Of a DNA stretch of 64,000 nt, positions 22,506-32,699 are shown piece by piece. Location: the NCBI GenBank assembly GCA_004431415.1, contig QPMI01000131.1:1-64000 (forward strand), written 5' to 3'. The notes beneath the pieces are model-generated. The model saw only the letters and a list, made by a program, of their open reading frames with translations. It was not told where the DNA came from and searched no databases. Position 1 is the first letter of the stretch. Every line of letters begins with the position of its first letter. The translations under genes were made by a program, and so were the position numbers. Source of the DNA: Cyanophora paradoxa CCMP329. Taxonomy: Eukaryota > Plantae > Glaucophyta.

Positions 22506-22512
22506 ATTGATT

Positions 22513-22890
22513 ATCGACTGTTTAATTGGACATGTTACACTTGAAACACAATTTTGATACAGTAAAAAACAGAATCCAATCTTATCGATTGTTTAATTGG
22601 ACATAATGCAACTCTGGGGTCATTTTTGATACAGTAGAAATTTAACAGGAATCTTATCGATTGTTTAATTGGACGTAATGCAACTCTGGGGTCATTTTTG
22701 TTTCCCGAAATCTCATCGATTGTTTAATTGGACATAATGCAACTCTGGGGTCATTTTTGATACAGTAGAAATTTAACAGGAATCTTATCGATTGTTTAAT
22801 TGGACGTAATGCAACTCTGGGGTCATTTTTGTTTCCCGAAATCTCATCGATTGTTTAATTGGACATAATGCAACTCTGGGGTCATTTTTG
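22513..22890. repeat. Subterminal tandem array with alternating 72- and 59-bp units
   Basis: Core atcgattgtttaattggac(a/g)taatgcaactctggggtcatttttg at 22584, 22656, 22715, 22787 and 22846, plus a degenerate copy at 22513. Confidence 0.92.
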
Positions 22891-23192
22891 TTTTACGATA
22901 CAATATGGGCGGTGGACTACTTCAATCGTTAATATATCATAAATTTATGTTCCTTCAATCGAGATTATATCAAATTTGCATAAAATACATATTAATCGCG
23001 TTTATATCAATTAATCAATCGAGAAATACGTATTTTACGATTGAATTTAATTGAATTTATTTAAAATTTGTATAAATTTCATAAAATCATAATTTAATCG
23101 ATATCATTCCAATTAATTTAATCGAGTTTATTTAAATTTAATTGATTTAATTAAAAAGTTTGATTAATTTTTTAAATCTTTTCGATTAATTT

Positions 23193-23299
23193 ACACATAA
23201 ATAAAAACAAATTTTAATCCTGAGCGACAGAGCGAAATGAGCGCGAAGCGCGAATTGAGCGATAGAGCGAGGGATTAAAATTTGTTTTTATTTATGTGT
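23193..23299 (+). other. Terminal hairpin of the viral element
   Basis: Perfect 28-bp arms (23193-23220 / 23272-23299) enclose a 51-nt GA/GC-patterned insert centred on GCGC-GAA-GCGC. Confidence 0.88.
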
Positions 23300-23300
23300 G

Positions 23301-26300
23301 GGGGCGGAGTCGGGCAGCTGCCGGGAGCGGGTGGGAGCCGGCCTATTTAGGTTGGAGAGGCTCGGAGACCAGCCCTTCGATTCGCACGAGGAGCCCGCTG
23401 GAATTCGGCGAACGTGGGATGCGTACTCGACCCAGCGGCAGGCCGTTATGGAGAGGCCCAGCTCGCGATGGAGCTGTTCGGAGCCGCAATATTTTGGGTG
23501 GGGGCAGAATTGGAATTCGAGTCTGCGTTCACGCCAGGCAGGGTCGAGTTCAAGAGCCGATAGGCCGGGGTCGCGTGTGGAAAGTCCATCGTATGGGGTG
23601 AGGCAGTAATGGACGAGTTCCACCCCATAATTATACTCTGAGTCTCGGGGGCAGTTAGGGTCCGCGTCGGGGTCCTCGGGAGCCAGTTCGTCCGGGTTTT
23701 CGTCCGGGAGAGGGGTTTCCCGACGACGCGACCAACTAGGCCTTGGGACGTCCAGACAAAGTCACCAATTTTGAGTCCCGCAAGGACGGCGTCGGCTTGG
23801 AGAGAGCGACGGATGTCTGGGATAGAGGGCGGCGGGGGCATGGGGTATCGGGGGAGGAAGGGGGACTGGATGGAAGGGCGGGGAAGAGAGAGTTCTTCGC
23901 GGACCGCGTCCCACCAGTATGTAGTATGCCGGGACACGACCGTGACTCCAGAGGAGGGACCAATCAGCTAGTGAGCCGTCGGAGGACGTAATGTCACGGA
24001 TGGTGAGGAGGCCGCAGCGATAGAGGCGCTGGCCGGCTCGTTGGAGGGTGAGGGGCGTCAATTGTGATGATATAATGTATTCTCGTCGAAGGTGGGACCG
24101 TCGGGAGGGGAGGCCGTGCGTCCAGGAATCGCATGTTGTGAGGATGTGGTGGGAGGTGGAAGTCAGGTCTGCCGTGATGGCGAGCGTAATATTTTTCTGT
24201 AGTGTAAGGGGCCCCGAAGGAAGGTTCGGATATTCATGTGGGAGGAGAGGGAGCCCGTACCGGGCCTGGGTGTCGAGGACGCGTTGTCGGTATATTTGGC
24301 CGTAGAGTGATGATGTGTGGGAGGCGAGTTCCTGGCGGAGGCGCTCGTCGACGCACTGCTGTTGGCGTTGGATGACTGCTATTGAGGGAAGGCGATAGAT
24401 GGAGGAGAATGCAGCCGTGGAGACGGACTGGGCCAGGTTGGCAGTGTGTTTGGCCGCGGTGAGCCAAACAGCGTCGAGGGACTGGCATTGGGATGGCGTT
24501 AGGGTCATGATGCGGAGGGGGTATGACAGTTTAGGGAAGAGAACCCGGTGTAATATCACTTGGAATTCGTGAACGGTAATCTTTTTCGTGGCTAGGATCG
24601 AGATTGCAGATTGGAGCTGGGATTTGAGTAGGCGGACTTGGTGGGTCCAGGACAGGTTCGCAGTAAACTGGACGCCGAGGACGCGGAAGGGCGTTGTGGG
24701 GGAGAGGATGTGGCCAACCTCAGCTCTGGAATCGCCAACGCCGACATAGTATTTGCTCTTGACCGGCTCTTCGGATCGGGGGGGTTTCCAGTGAAAAATT
24801 TCCGTCTTTTTGGCGTTCAAGTTCATGCCATGGATATGTAGAAATTCGGACAGCCAGTCAAGCATATGTTGGAGGCCCTGAGCCGAGCTGGCAAGCATGG
24901 TGGTGTCGTCGGCGTATGCAAGCACAGAGACTTTGGGGCAGGGACCGGCGGGGAAGTAGAGGGGTTCGCCAGGGCATGGTGGGCGGGGGAACGGGGGCGG
25001 GTCGGATCAGATCGGTGCGGCCCAAGCTGGTAGCCGAAATTGGACTGAGTCGCTCGTTCTTCAATGGCGGTGAGAGCGGCGTCGAAGAAAATGCGCCAGT
25101 GGAGGGGGCTTCGATGCCACCTTGGGGAGGCCACAGGGACTTGAAAATATTCAGTGCGGCCGTGGGGGTAAGGATGCACGCCGTGCGGTGTTGAGCTGCT
25201 TTTTTGTGGAGGGCTATATATCGTTTCCCTTCAGGATGGAGGTGGAGTTGGATACGGTTAAGGCTGAGCTCTTGGCTATGCCAGGAGACACTGTCGTAGG
25301 CGCTGGCGATATCCCCAGGCCGCCAAAGATTGGCTTTTTGAACTGGTGCGCGTCCTCGAGGGAGGATCGGAGGGCGTAGAGGACAGGGTCGGTAGATTCG
25401 CGGCGACAGAAACCATAATTACGGCCGCGTAGAATGTTATGTGTATCAATGCGGTCTTCCATGCGGTGGGTCAGGAGGCCCGTGACCAGCTTCCAGGTGA
25501 CTTCTTGAAGGGTGATGGGGCGGAGATCGGCGAGATCTGCTGAATTATCTCGTTTCGGGATAGCGTAGACTTGGCCGCGAAGTGCGTGGTCGGGCACGTG
25601 GCCGAGAAGAGTGGATTGAACTAGGGCTCGGATGGCGTCACGCGAGGTGGTCCAGTGGGCCGCGGACTCGAAGCTGTTTATCTCGTCTGTAGAGTGTGAG
25701 GCGGCTAAGGTCTGGCGTTCCGTCTTGGAGAGGCGGAGGGGGGACCAGAGCATTTTAAGCATTCCGTTCGTGAGGCCGGAGGGACCGCCAGCGCCATTGG
25801 ACAGGGACGAGATGAGGCGATCGAGTTCGGGGTCCTCTGGCATGGCCATTAGCCCGTCCCAGACGGCGGGGGCGAAGTGGGAAAGGGGTCGGTACTGGCG
25901 TTTCCAAAATCTGCCCAACCAGGCGCCGTTTTCAATGACCTCGAATTTCGTAGCTATGGCATCCAGGTTTGGGGCGGCCTTGCGGAGTCGCCAGAAATTT
26001 TTGAAGTGATCCAGATGTGCGCGTTTAATTTCAGTGGGATCAGTGAGCACGTCGGGGAGTCCCGCTGCCGTGCGGGTAAGATATAGGCGAGGGGCGGATC
26101 GGAAGCGGGAGAGAAGGAGTTGAATAGCCCGACCCATGCTTCGACAGTGGGACAGGAGGTGGCGGCGGGTGTCAATATTGCGAGCGATGTCGGCTTCGGT
26201 GTATGCGCGGCGATGATTGTCCAGGGCGGCCCGCGCCTGTAAATGCCACATGCTGAGTTGAGCATGGTACTCGGCGATTTCAGATCCTGTAATGATACCA

Positions 26301-27765
26301 TTCTCGAACTCAGGGTAATTAGGAGGGTCGGGGAAAGCGAGGAGGGAGGGGCAAAATGCCAGCGTGGTGTCCGAGCCCGCAGATTTTCGGATGTCTGTCA
26401 CGTCTTTGGGAAGGTCCCGGAAAACAGCCCGAATAGTTTCGTCAGGCGGGTGGTCTGTGGAACCTTGGCGCGCCCAGTCGTTTAGGGCCTGTCCGACGCG
26501 GCCAACAAGTTGTTCGTCGTCAGCGTCCAGCGCAGACAAGTGGTTGAATTTAGCCATATCGCCCTGGGCGGCTACTCGGTGTTGGAGGACTTTTGCAGTA
26601 GAGAATTCTTTAGCGTGAGCGACGGACTTGATACTCTGGGCGATTGCGCAGAGGAGGGAGCGGTGGGATTTCGTGGCGCGGCGGGCGTAGTCGGGGCTGT
26701 TTTCGGGAGTGAGAAGGAGCTGGATATACCGCTGACCGTGTTTATTGAGAAAGGCTTCGACAGCGAGCTTGAAAGCAAGCCGGATTGGTGCAGGCTGGGC
26801 GGCATAGTTGAAGAGAGGGGGAGAGGCTGGGGTCGGGGCTGGCGGGGGGCGGTCGGGGGGCAGAGAGCACTCCTTCGGTTGTGAAAGTCGCCAGTACTGG
26901 GAAGTGATCGGCTGAGAGCAGGGGGAGGGTCGTCCAGGGACAGCCAGTGTACGAGTGCCCAGCGATCGGGCCGCTAGGGTGGGGGAGGCGAGGGCATAGT
27001 CGAGGCGGGCGGCGTTCAGGAGAGGGCGGTGGCCTTGCTCGTCGATGAAGTCTGCGTGGTGTGAGATGTGCGTGAAATCGCCGGGGTACCGGTGTCGATG
27101 AGGCCCCAGGTCGCTCGGAGGAGGGTCCAGATTTCCGCGTAGGAGTTCGGGGGTGTAGTTTCGGTGCGCCGGTTGCCCCCGGTGATCCGGTCGTTGCACG
27201 GAGAGTATGTGCTATTCATATCGCCGAGTACCAGGAGATGTGTCTGCCAGTCAGGCTCGTGGAGGTCAGGTGCGACCTTCGCGGTCAGGTATTCGGTGAG
27301 GTCGTGGAGCTCTTTTTGCAAATTGTCGTGCCCGCAGTCCGGTACATAGAGTGAGAGGACAATGAGGCGCTCGCGCGTGCGCGGGAAGTCAAACCGAGCG
27401 CCGGCTACTCGGCCGTCAAACGCGTAATCCGCCTGGCGGTGCGCTGCATAGCTTGCTGAGATCCACAGCGGGGAGCCGGCGGTGCCAGGACGGGCCGCGG
27501 AGGGAGGGGAGTAGACAAGGTAGCTAGATTTATGGCGGCGGACTGCCGTCTTAATCAGGTGATCGCGGATATTGGGCGGAAAGGGCTTCGAGGGGGGGCG
27601 GTCAACGGGGACCATGTCGACCTCTTGAAGAGCAACGAAGTGACAGTCCCAATCACGGCGGCCATAGTCGATTGCGCTGATAAATTTAGTTGCAATATTG
27701 TTGCCGCTCGTCTTCCCTCCAAGCGGCGAATATTCCACGTGAGGGCGCGGAGGTTCAGCTTCGCA
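23301..27765 (-). pseudogene. LINE pol: AP endonuclease + reverse transcriptase, frameshifted
   Basis: APE: LRALTWNI, VALQEV, LSLYVP, LGDMNS, RLDYALAS, DHFPV. RT: IPKRD..LRPITL..KLVT, NYGF, QGG..PLHWRIFFD, LAYADD, LNAKKT, FRVLGV. Confidence 0.9.
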
Positions 27766-30700
27766 TTAGCCGCGTCCGGGGGATGTGCTAGGACGGGGAT
27801 CTGGAGCACATCACGATGGCGGCGAGCGTCAATACGGTCAGCGGTGTAGAGGGAGGGAGGGTATAGCGTTAGAAGGGACGAGGCCGCCGTGACTAGTGTC
27901 GGGGAGGAGAGGGCAGCGGCGGCGGTAGCGACTGCAGCGGCCGTAGCTGTGCTGGGCTCAATGTCCGCAAGAGCGACGGGGACAAGGGCGACGAGGAGAG
28001 CACAAAGGAGGAGGCGCGCGGGAAGAGGGGCCGGGCGGCTGAAGGTCCGTTGGACTTGTGGGGCGCGGCGCGCAGGCCGGCCCAGGAGTTCGAGACCGGC
28101 GTCATGCGGCGCAGCGTCCGTGGCGCCGGCGTCAGCGGGGCCAGCGCTGGCGTGCACGTAGGCACTGGCGCGGAAGCTAACTGCGAGGTACGCGGCCGTG
28201 CGCGTGGCTGGTACGCGTCCGGATCCGTACGCGGGGCTCGTACGACAGCTCTCGGCGTCATGCAGCGCGGCGTCCGCGGCCGAGCTCGAGGCGCCGGCGT
28301 TGGCGGGGCTAGCACTAGCGTGGGCGCCGGAGCTAGCTGCGAAACCTGCAGTGGTAGTATCGGTGCTATAGCTAGGCGCCGGCACGCGACCGTACGCAGG
28401 GTTGGTGGTACTAGCTATAGTGCAGCTATTAAAGCGCCAATCGCGGATTGCGGAGGTATTGGGCCGCTTCGAATCATTGCCCGACTCACCGGTCGCATGA
28501 ATAGAAAAAACTGTTCGCGTTGGAGTTTTTTGACGGCACGCGGCGGGGGTACCGGTAGGCGCAGTTTCGTCTGGGGCCCTGAGACGTTCCGACCGGAAGG
28601 GGAGGCTCCACCGGCCACTGCAGTAGGCGGCGGCGCTGATGTGGCTTCCGTGCTCCAGTCCAGCGATCAGGTTCTGGAGCATGCCGTAGCGCGGTCTAGC
28701 GAACGTGGTCCAGGAGGTGCTCCAGATGTAGACACGGCGACTGAGCTGCGAAAGTACTTGCGCGGCCTGCTGGATGCCGAGGCGAACAGCGCGGCGTGGA
28801 GCGGCAGCGACAGTAGCATCAGTACGGGGATTGGCCTCTCGCTGCGGGCCTGGAGACGCGCTCGACGGGCGGGGCGTTGCAGGCGGACCTCCGGGACACT
28901 TCTGCACACCGAGGTTTGTTCTAGGGGTCGGACAGTCGGCTCGGGAGGCCGACAGCGTTCTGGGGAGGCCGACAGCGTTCTGCAGGTCGAACGGGGGCGA
29001 GACAGGCGGCGCGATGGGGCCCGGCGGCGGCTTCACTTCAGGTCCAGGTCCGTCAGCACGGGCGCGGCGCCGGGCAGCGGGGCGGCCGATAGCGTCCTGC
29101 AGGTCGCGCGGCGCGGGCGGAGGCGGGACAGGCTGCAGGCTGGGGCCCGTCGGCTGCTTCACTTCAGGTCCAGGTCCGTCAGCACGGGCGCGGCGCCGGG
29201 CAGTGCGGCGGCCGACAGCGTCCTGCAGGTCGCGCGGCGCGGACGGAGGCGAGACAGGCGGCGCGCTGGGGCTCGGCGGCGGCTTCTCTTCAGGTACAGG
29301 TCCGTCAGTCCGGGCTCGGCGCCGGGCAGCGGGGCGGCCGACAGCGTCCTGCAGGTCTCGCGGCGCGCGAGGAGGCGAGGCGCGGGGCGCGCTGGGGTTC
29401 GGCGGCGGATTCACGTCAGGTCCAGGTCCGTCAGCACGGGCGCGGCGCCGAGAAGTGCGGCGGCCGACAGCGTCCTGCAGGTCGCGCTGCGCGGGCGGAG
29501 GCGAGGCGCGGGGCGCGCTGGGGCTCGGCGGCGGCTTCACTTGAGGTCCAGGTCCGTCAGCACGGGCGCGGTGCCGGGCAGCGGGGCGACCGACAGTGTT
29601 CTGCAGGTCGCGCGGCGCGGGCGGAGGCGAGACAGGCGGCGCGCTGGGGCTCGGCGGCGGCTTCACTTGAGGTCCAGGTCCGTCAGCCCGGGCGCGGCGC
29701 CGGGCAGCGGGGAGGCCGACAGCGTCCTGCAGGTCGCGCGGCGCGGGCGGAGGCGAGACAGGCGCGCTGGGGCTCGGCGGCGGCTCCACTTGAGGTCCAG
29801 GTCCGTCAGCACGGGCGCGGCGCCGGGCAGCGGGGCGGCCGACAGCGTTCTGCAGGTCGCGCTGCGCGGGCGGAGGCGAGACAGGCGGCGCGCTGGGGCT
29901 CGGCGGCGGCTCCACTTGAGGGCCAGGTCCGTCAGTCCGGGCGCGGTGCCGGGCAGCGGGGCGGCCGACAGCGTCCTGCAGGTCGCGCTGCGCGGGCGGA
30001 GGCGAGACAGGCGGCGCGCTGGGGCTCGGCGGCGGCTTCACTTGAGGGCCAGGTCCGACAGCACAGGCGCGGCGCCAAGCAGCGGGGCGGCCGACAGCGT
30101 CCTGCAGGTCGCGCGGCGCGGGCGGAGGCGAGGCGCGGGGCGCGCTGGGGCTCGGCGGCGGCTTCAATTGAGGTCCAGGTCCGTCAGTCCGGGCGCGGTG
30201 CCGGGCAGCGGGGCGACCGACAGTGTTCTGCAGGTCGCGCGGCGCGAGCGGAGGCGAGACAGGCGGCGCGCTGGGGCTCGGCGGCGGCTTCACTTGAGGT
30301 CCAGGTCCGACAGCACGGGCGCGGCGCCAAGCAGCGGGGCGGCCGACAGCGTCCTGCAGGTCTCGCGGCGCGGGCGGAGGCGAGGCGCGGGGCGCCCTGG
30401 GGCTCGGCGGCGGCTTCAATTGAGGTCCAGGTCCGTCAGCAAGGGCGCGGCGCCAAGCAGCGGGGCGGCCGACAGCGTCCTGCAGGTCGCGCGGCGCGGG
30501 CGGAGGCGAGGCGCGGGGCGCGCTGGGGCTCGGCGGCGGCTCCACTTGAGGTCCAGGTCCGTCAGCACGGGCGCAGTGCCGGGCAGCGGGGCGACCGACA
30601 GTGTTCTGCAGGTCGCGCGGCGCGGGCGGGGGCGAGACAGGCGGCGCGCTGGGGCTCGGCGGCGGCTTCACTTCAGGTCCAGGTCCGTCAGTCCGGGGGC

Positions 30701-32699
30701 GGTGCTGGGCAGTGGGGCGGCCGACAGCGTTCTGCAGGTCTCGCGGCGCGGGCGAAGGCGAGACAGGCGGCGCGCTGGAGCTCGGCGGCGGCTTCACTTG
30801 AGGTCCAGGTCCGTCAGCACGGGCGCGGCGCCGGGCAGCGGGGCGGCCGACAGCGTCCTGCAGGTCTCGCGGCGCGGGCGGAGGCGAGGCACGGGGCGCG
30901 CTGGGGCTCGGTGGCGGATTCACTTCAGGTCCAGGTCCGTCAGTCCGGGGGCGGTGCTGGGCAGCGGGGCGGCCGACAGCGTTCTGCAGGTCTCGCGGCG
31001 CGGGCGGAGGCGAGGCGCGGGGCGCGCTGGGGCTCGGCGGCGGCTTCACTTGAGGGCCAGGTCCGACAGCACGGGCGCGGCGCCAAGCAGCGGGGCGGCC
31101 GACAGCGTCCTGCAGGTCGCGCAGCGCGGGTGGGGGCGAGGCGCGGGGCGCGCTGGGGCTCAGCGGCGGCTTCACTTGAGGTCCAGGTCCGTCAGCACGG
31201 GCGCGGTGCCGGGCAGCGAAGGGGCCGACAGCGTCTTGCAGGTCGCGTGGCGCGGGAGGGGGCGAGGCGCGCGGGGTGCAGGGGCCCGGCGGCACATGTG
31301 GCAGGCGAGGCGTGATGCAGCAGTGGCCCCGGCAGGTGGTTAGACCCTGTCCGTCGATCCAATCGGTAGACGTCGGAGTGGTCATGCTCGAGGGCCCCTG
31401 TAGTCGCGTGCGGCCGCAAGCGAGGAGGGCAGCAGTAGCTCCAAGAGCAAGGAAAAGGGGACTGGGTAGAAGGGGGATGAGGCCTAGGGGAAGGTGCAGG
31501 ACGGGATGCGCAGCAGCAGGTTGGATGTGCCACAAGAGGGCGGCGATGATGGTGAGGAACTTGGGGGAGTTGTGTGGGTACGGGGCTTTCTTAAAGGGGC
31601 CACGGGGGGATATAGTGTCTAGAGCAGTTTGTAGGGTGTGGCCTGTTAAGGCGGAAACGGTCACTATCGAAATAAATTCTAGGGGCTCTGGAGGGTGACC
31701 GAGGAGGAGGAGGAAAGGCAGGGTAAACGGTGCAGCCAGCACAGCCGGGGCCAGGCCCGGGTCATCTGAGACATAAAGTGCATGCAGGAGATCAGCCCCG
31801 AGCTGCCATATTGCACAGGAGAGCACATGCCATTCGGCCGCTAGGAAGGCCGGGAAAATAATAGAAAATTCAAGGAGACGGGGTGCGAGAAGGAGAGCGA
31901 AGTCGGCGAGGCGGGTCCAAGCAAACGCTGCCCGGCGGCGTGCCAAGGGGACAGGACCGGGGGGGGCGAGGGAGGTCGGGGGAGGGACAGGGCAGGTAAG
32001 GAGTTGAAGAAGAGCAGGGCCGGACGAGTCAAGAAACCGCCGGCGGCGCCGGGAGAGGAGTGCGAGCAGGAGGATCCCGGCAGCTGGCGGGGGGAGAGGC
32101 AGGGGGGTAGGGGGAGGCGGGAGCGGGGGGAGGGAGAAGGGTGGGAGGGGGGGAGCAGTTGCTCGGGGTGTCCTAGGAGGAGGGGCGGGGGGAGGGCTGG
32201 TCGAGGGGGCCGGGTACGAGGGATCAATGAGCCATAGTGGGGACACGGGAACCGCTGCAATAACGAAGCGGAGGGCGCCGAAAAGGTGAGGGGCAGTTGT
32301 AAGGGGGGGTAGGGCAAGGAAACAGTGAAGGGAGAGGATAAGGAGGGGGGCCCCGCGGTAAGGGCCTCCACATCGACGCCCTCGAGCTCGTCGCGAATGC
32401 TGGGCTTGCCGGCGGGCGCGGGTGAGGGGGGGACGGTGGGCGTTGGGAGCGGGATCGGGGGAGGCAAGATGGCGGAGGAAGCGGGCAGACAGCAGGAGGA
32501 GAAGCAGCGAGGGGAGGGCGAGGAAGGCGGGGGAGAGCTGAAGATAAGACGGGGGCCTGATAGAAGGAGGGAAGAAAGAGGCGGGAGAGGCGGGGAGAGG
32601 GGGCGGTGCCCTAGGGGTAGTCCACAAGGGGAGGGGGGGGGGGTCAGGGGGGCCGAGAGAGGAGGTGATTCCGCAAAGGCCACGGCTGAGAAGGTCCAA
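27555..32699 (-). CDS. Pro-rich, repeat-containing N-terminal region of the LINE polyprotein, in frame with the first APE motif
   Basis: 1714-aa ORF that includes LNLRALTWNIRRL near its end and contains a 42-aa repeat array. Confidence 0.5.
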   Translation of the reverse strand: MDLLSRGLCGITSSLGPPDPPPLPLWTTPRAPPPLPASPASFFPPSIRPPSYLQLSPAFLALPSLLLLLLSARFLRHLASPDPAPNAHRPPLTRARRQAQHSRRARGRRCGGPYRGAPLLILSLHCFLALPPLTTAPHLFGALRFVIAAVPVSPLWLIDPSYPAPSTSPPPAPPPRTPRATAPPLPPFSLPPLPPPPTPLPLPPPAAGILLLALLSRRRRRFLDSSGPALLQLLTCPVPPPTSLAPPGPVPLARRRAAFAWTRLADFALLLAPRLLEFSIIFPAFLAAEWHVLSCAIWQLGADLLHALYVSDDPGLAPAVLAAPFTLPFLLLLGHPPEPLEFISIVTVSALTGHTLQTALDTISPRGPFKKAPYPHNSPKFLTIIAALLWHIQPAAAHPVLHLPLGLIPLLPSPLFLALGATAALLACGRTRLQGPSSMTTPTSTDWIDGQGLTTCRGHCCITPRLPHVPPGPCTPRASPPPAPRDLQDAVGPFAARHRARADGPGPQVKPPLSPSAPRASPPPALRDLQDAVGRPAAWRRARAVGPGPQVKPPPSPSAPRASPPPAPRDLQNAVGRPAAQHRPRTDGPGPEVNPPPSPSAPRASPPPAPRDLQDAVGRPAARRRARADGPGPQVKPPPSSSAPPVSPSPAPRDLQNAVGRPTAQHRPRTDGPGPEVKPPPSPSAPPVSPPPAPRDLQNTVGRPAARHCARADGPGPQVEPPPSPSAPRASPPPAPRDLQDAVGRPAAWRRALADGPGPQLKPPPSPRAPRASPPPAPRDLQDAVGRPAAWRRARAVGPGPQVKPPPSPSAPPVSPPLAPRDLQNTVGRPAARHRARTDGPGPQLKPPPSPSAPRASPPPAPRDLQDAVGRPAAWRRACAVGPGPQVKPPPSPSAPPVSPPPAQRDLQDAVGRPAARHRARTDGPGPQVEPPPSPSAPPVSPPPAQRDLQNAVGRPAARRRARADGPGPQVEPPPSPSAPVSPPPAPRDLQDAVGLPAARRRARADGPGPQVKPPPSPSAPPVSPPPAPRDLQNTVGRPAARHRARADGPGPQVKPPPSPSAPRASPPPAQRDLQDAVGRRTSRRRARADGPGPDVNPPPNPSAPRASPPRAPRDLQDAVGRPAARRRARTDGPVPEEKPPPSPSAPPVSPPSAPRDLQDAVGRRTARRRARADGPGPEVKQPTGPSLQPVPPPPAPRDLQDAIGRPAARRRARADGPGPEVKPPPGPIAPPVSPPFDLQNAVGLPRTLSASRADCPTPRTNLGVQKCPGGPPATPRPSSASPGPQREANPRTDATVAAAPRRAVRLGIQQAAQVLSQLSRRVYIWSTSWTTFARPRYGMLQNLIAGLEHGSHISAAAYCSGRWSLPFRSERLRAPDETAPTGTPAACRQKTPTRTVFSIHATGESGNDSKRPNTSAIRDWRFNSCTIASTTNPAYGRVPAPSYSTDTTTAGFAASSGAHASASPANAGASSSAADAALHDAESCRTSPAYGSGRVPATRTAAYLAVSFRASAYVHASAGPADAGATDAAPHDAGLELLGRPARRAPQVQRTFSRPAPLPARLLLCALLVALVPVALADIEPSTATAAAVATAAAALSSPTLVTAASSLLTLYPPSLYTADRIDARRHRDVLQIPVLAHPPDAANAKLNLRALTWNIRRLEGRRAATILQLNLSAQSTMAAVIGTVTSLLFKRSTWSPLTAPPRSPFRPISAIT
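28950..31290. repeat. 126-bp GC-rich tandem array (~19 copies)
   Basis: gacagcgt(c/t)ctgcaggtc recurs at 126-bp spacing (29214, 29340, 29466 ... 31227); one unit is 123 bp, so frame is preserved. Confidence 0.93.

Larger units (their letters stand above)
1..23300. mobile_element. Endogenous Polinton/Maverick-like DNA virus, right-hand part; left end outside window
   Basis: AT-rich, intronless, densely packed block with pPolB, RVE integrase, D5-like primase-helicase, lipase and fibre genes. It ends in repeats and an AT-rich terminus, with an abrupt switch to GC-rich DNA at ~23300. Confidence 0.92.

Noticed and set aside
22513-22890. CRISPR-like repeat/spacer appearance
   Set aside because: The 'spacers' are themselves repeated (two alternating types), there are no cas genes and the context is eukaryotic.
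1-23300. Major capsid, penton, packaging ATPase or adenain protease genes
   Set aside because: No ORF shows recognisable motifs. The 281-aa pair is penton-sized but carries spike-like motifs, so it was not called.
11547-27765. Diversity-generating retroelement (variable fibre near a reverse transcriptase)
   Set aside because: The RT is a LINE enzyme with APE lying outside the virus, and I found no template/variable repeat pair with adenine-specific mismatches.
27940-28015. 2A-like ribosome-skipping peptide before APE (ALADIEPST)
   Set aside because: It has the hydrophobic run and DIE but lacks the essential NPGP.
28050-31343. 1097-aa plus-strand Arg/Gly/Ala ORF
   Set aside because: Antisense shadow of a stop-free GC-rich tandem repeat.
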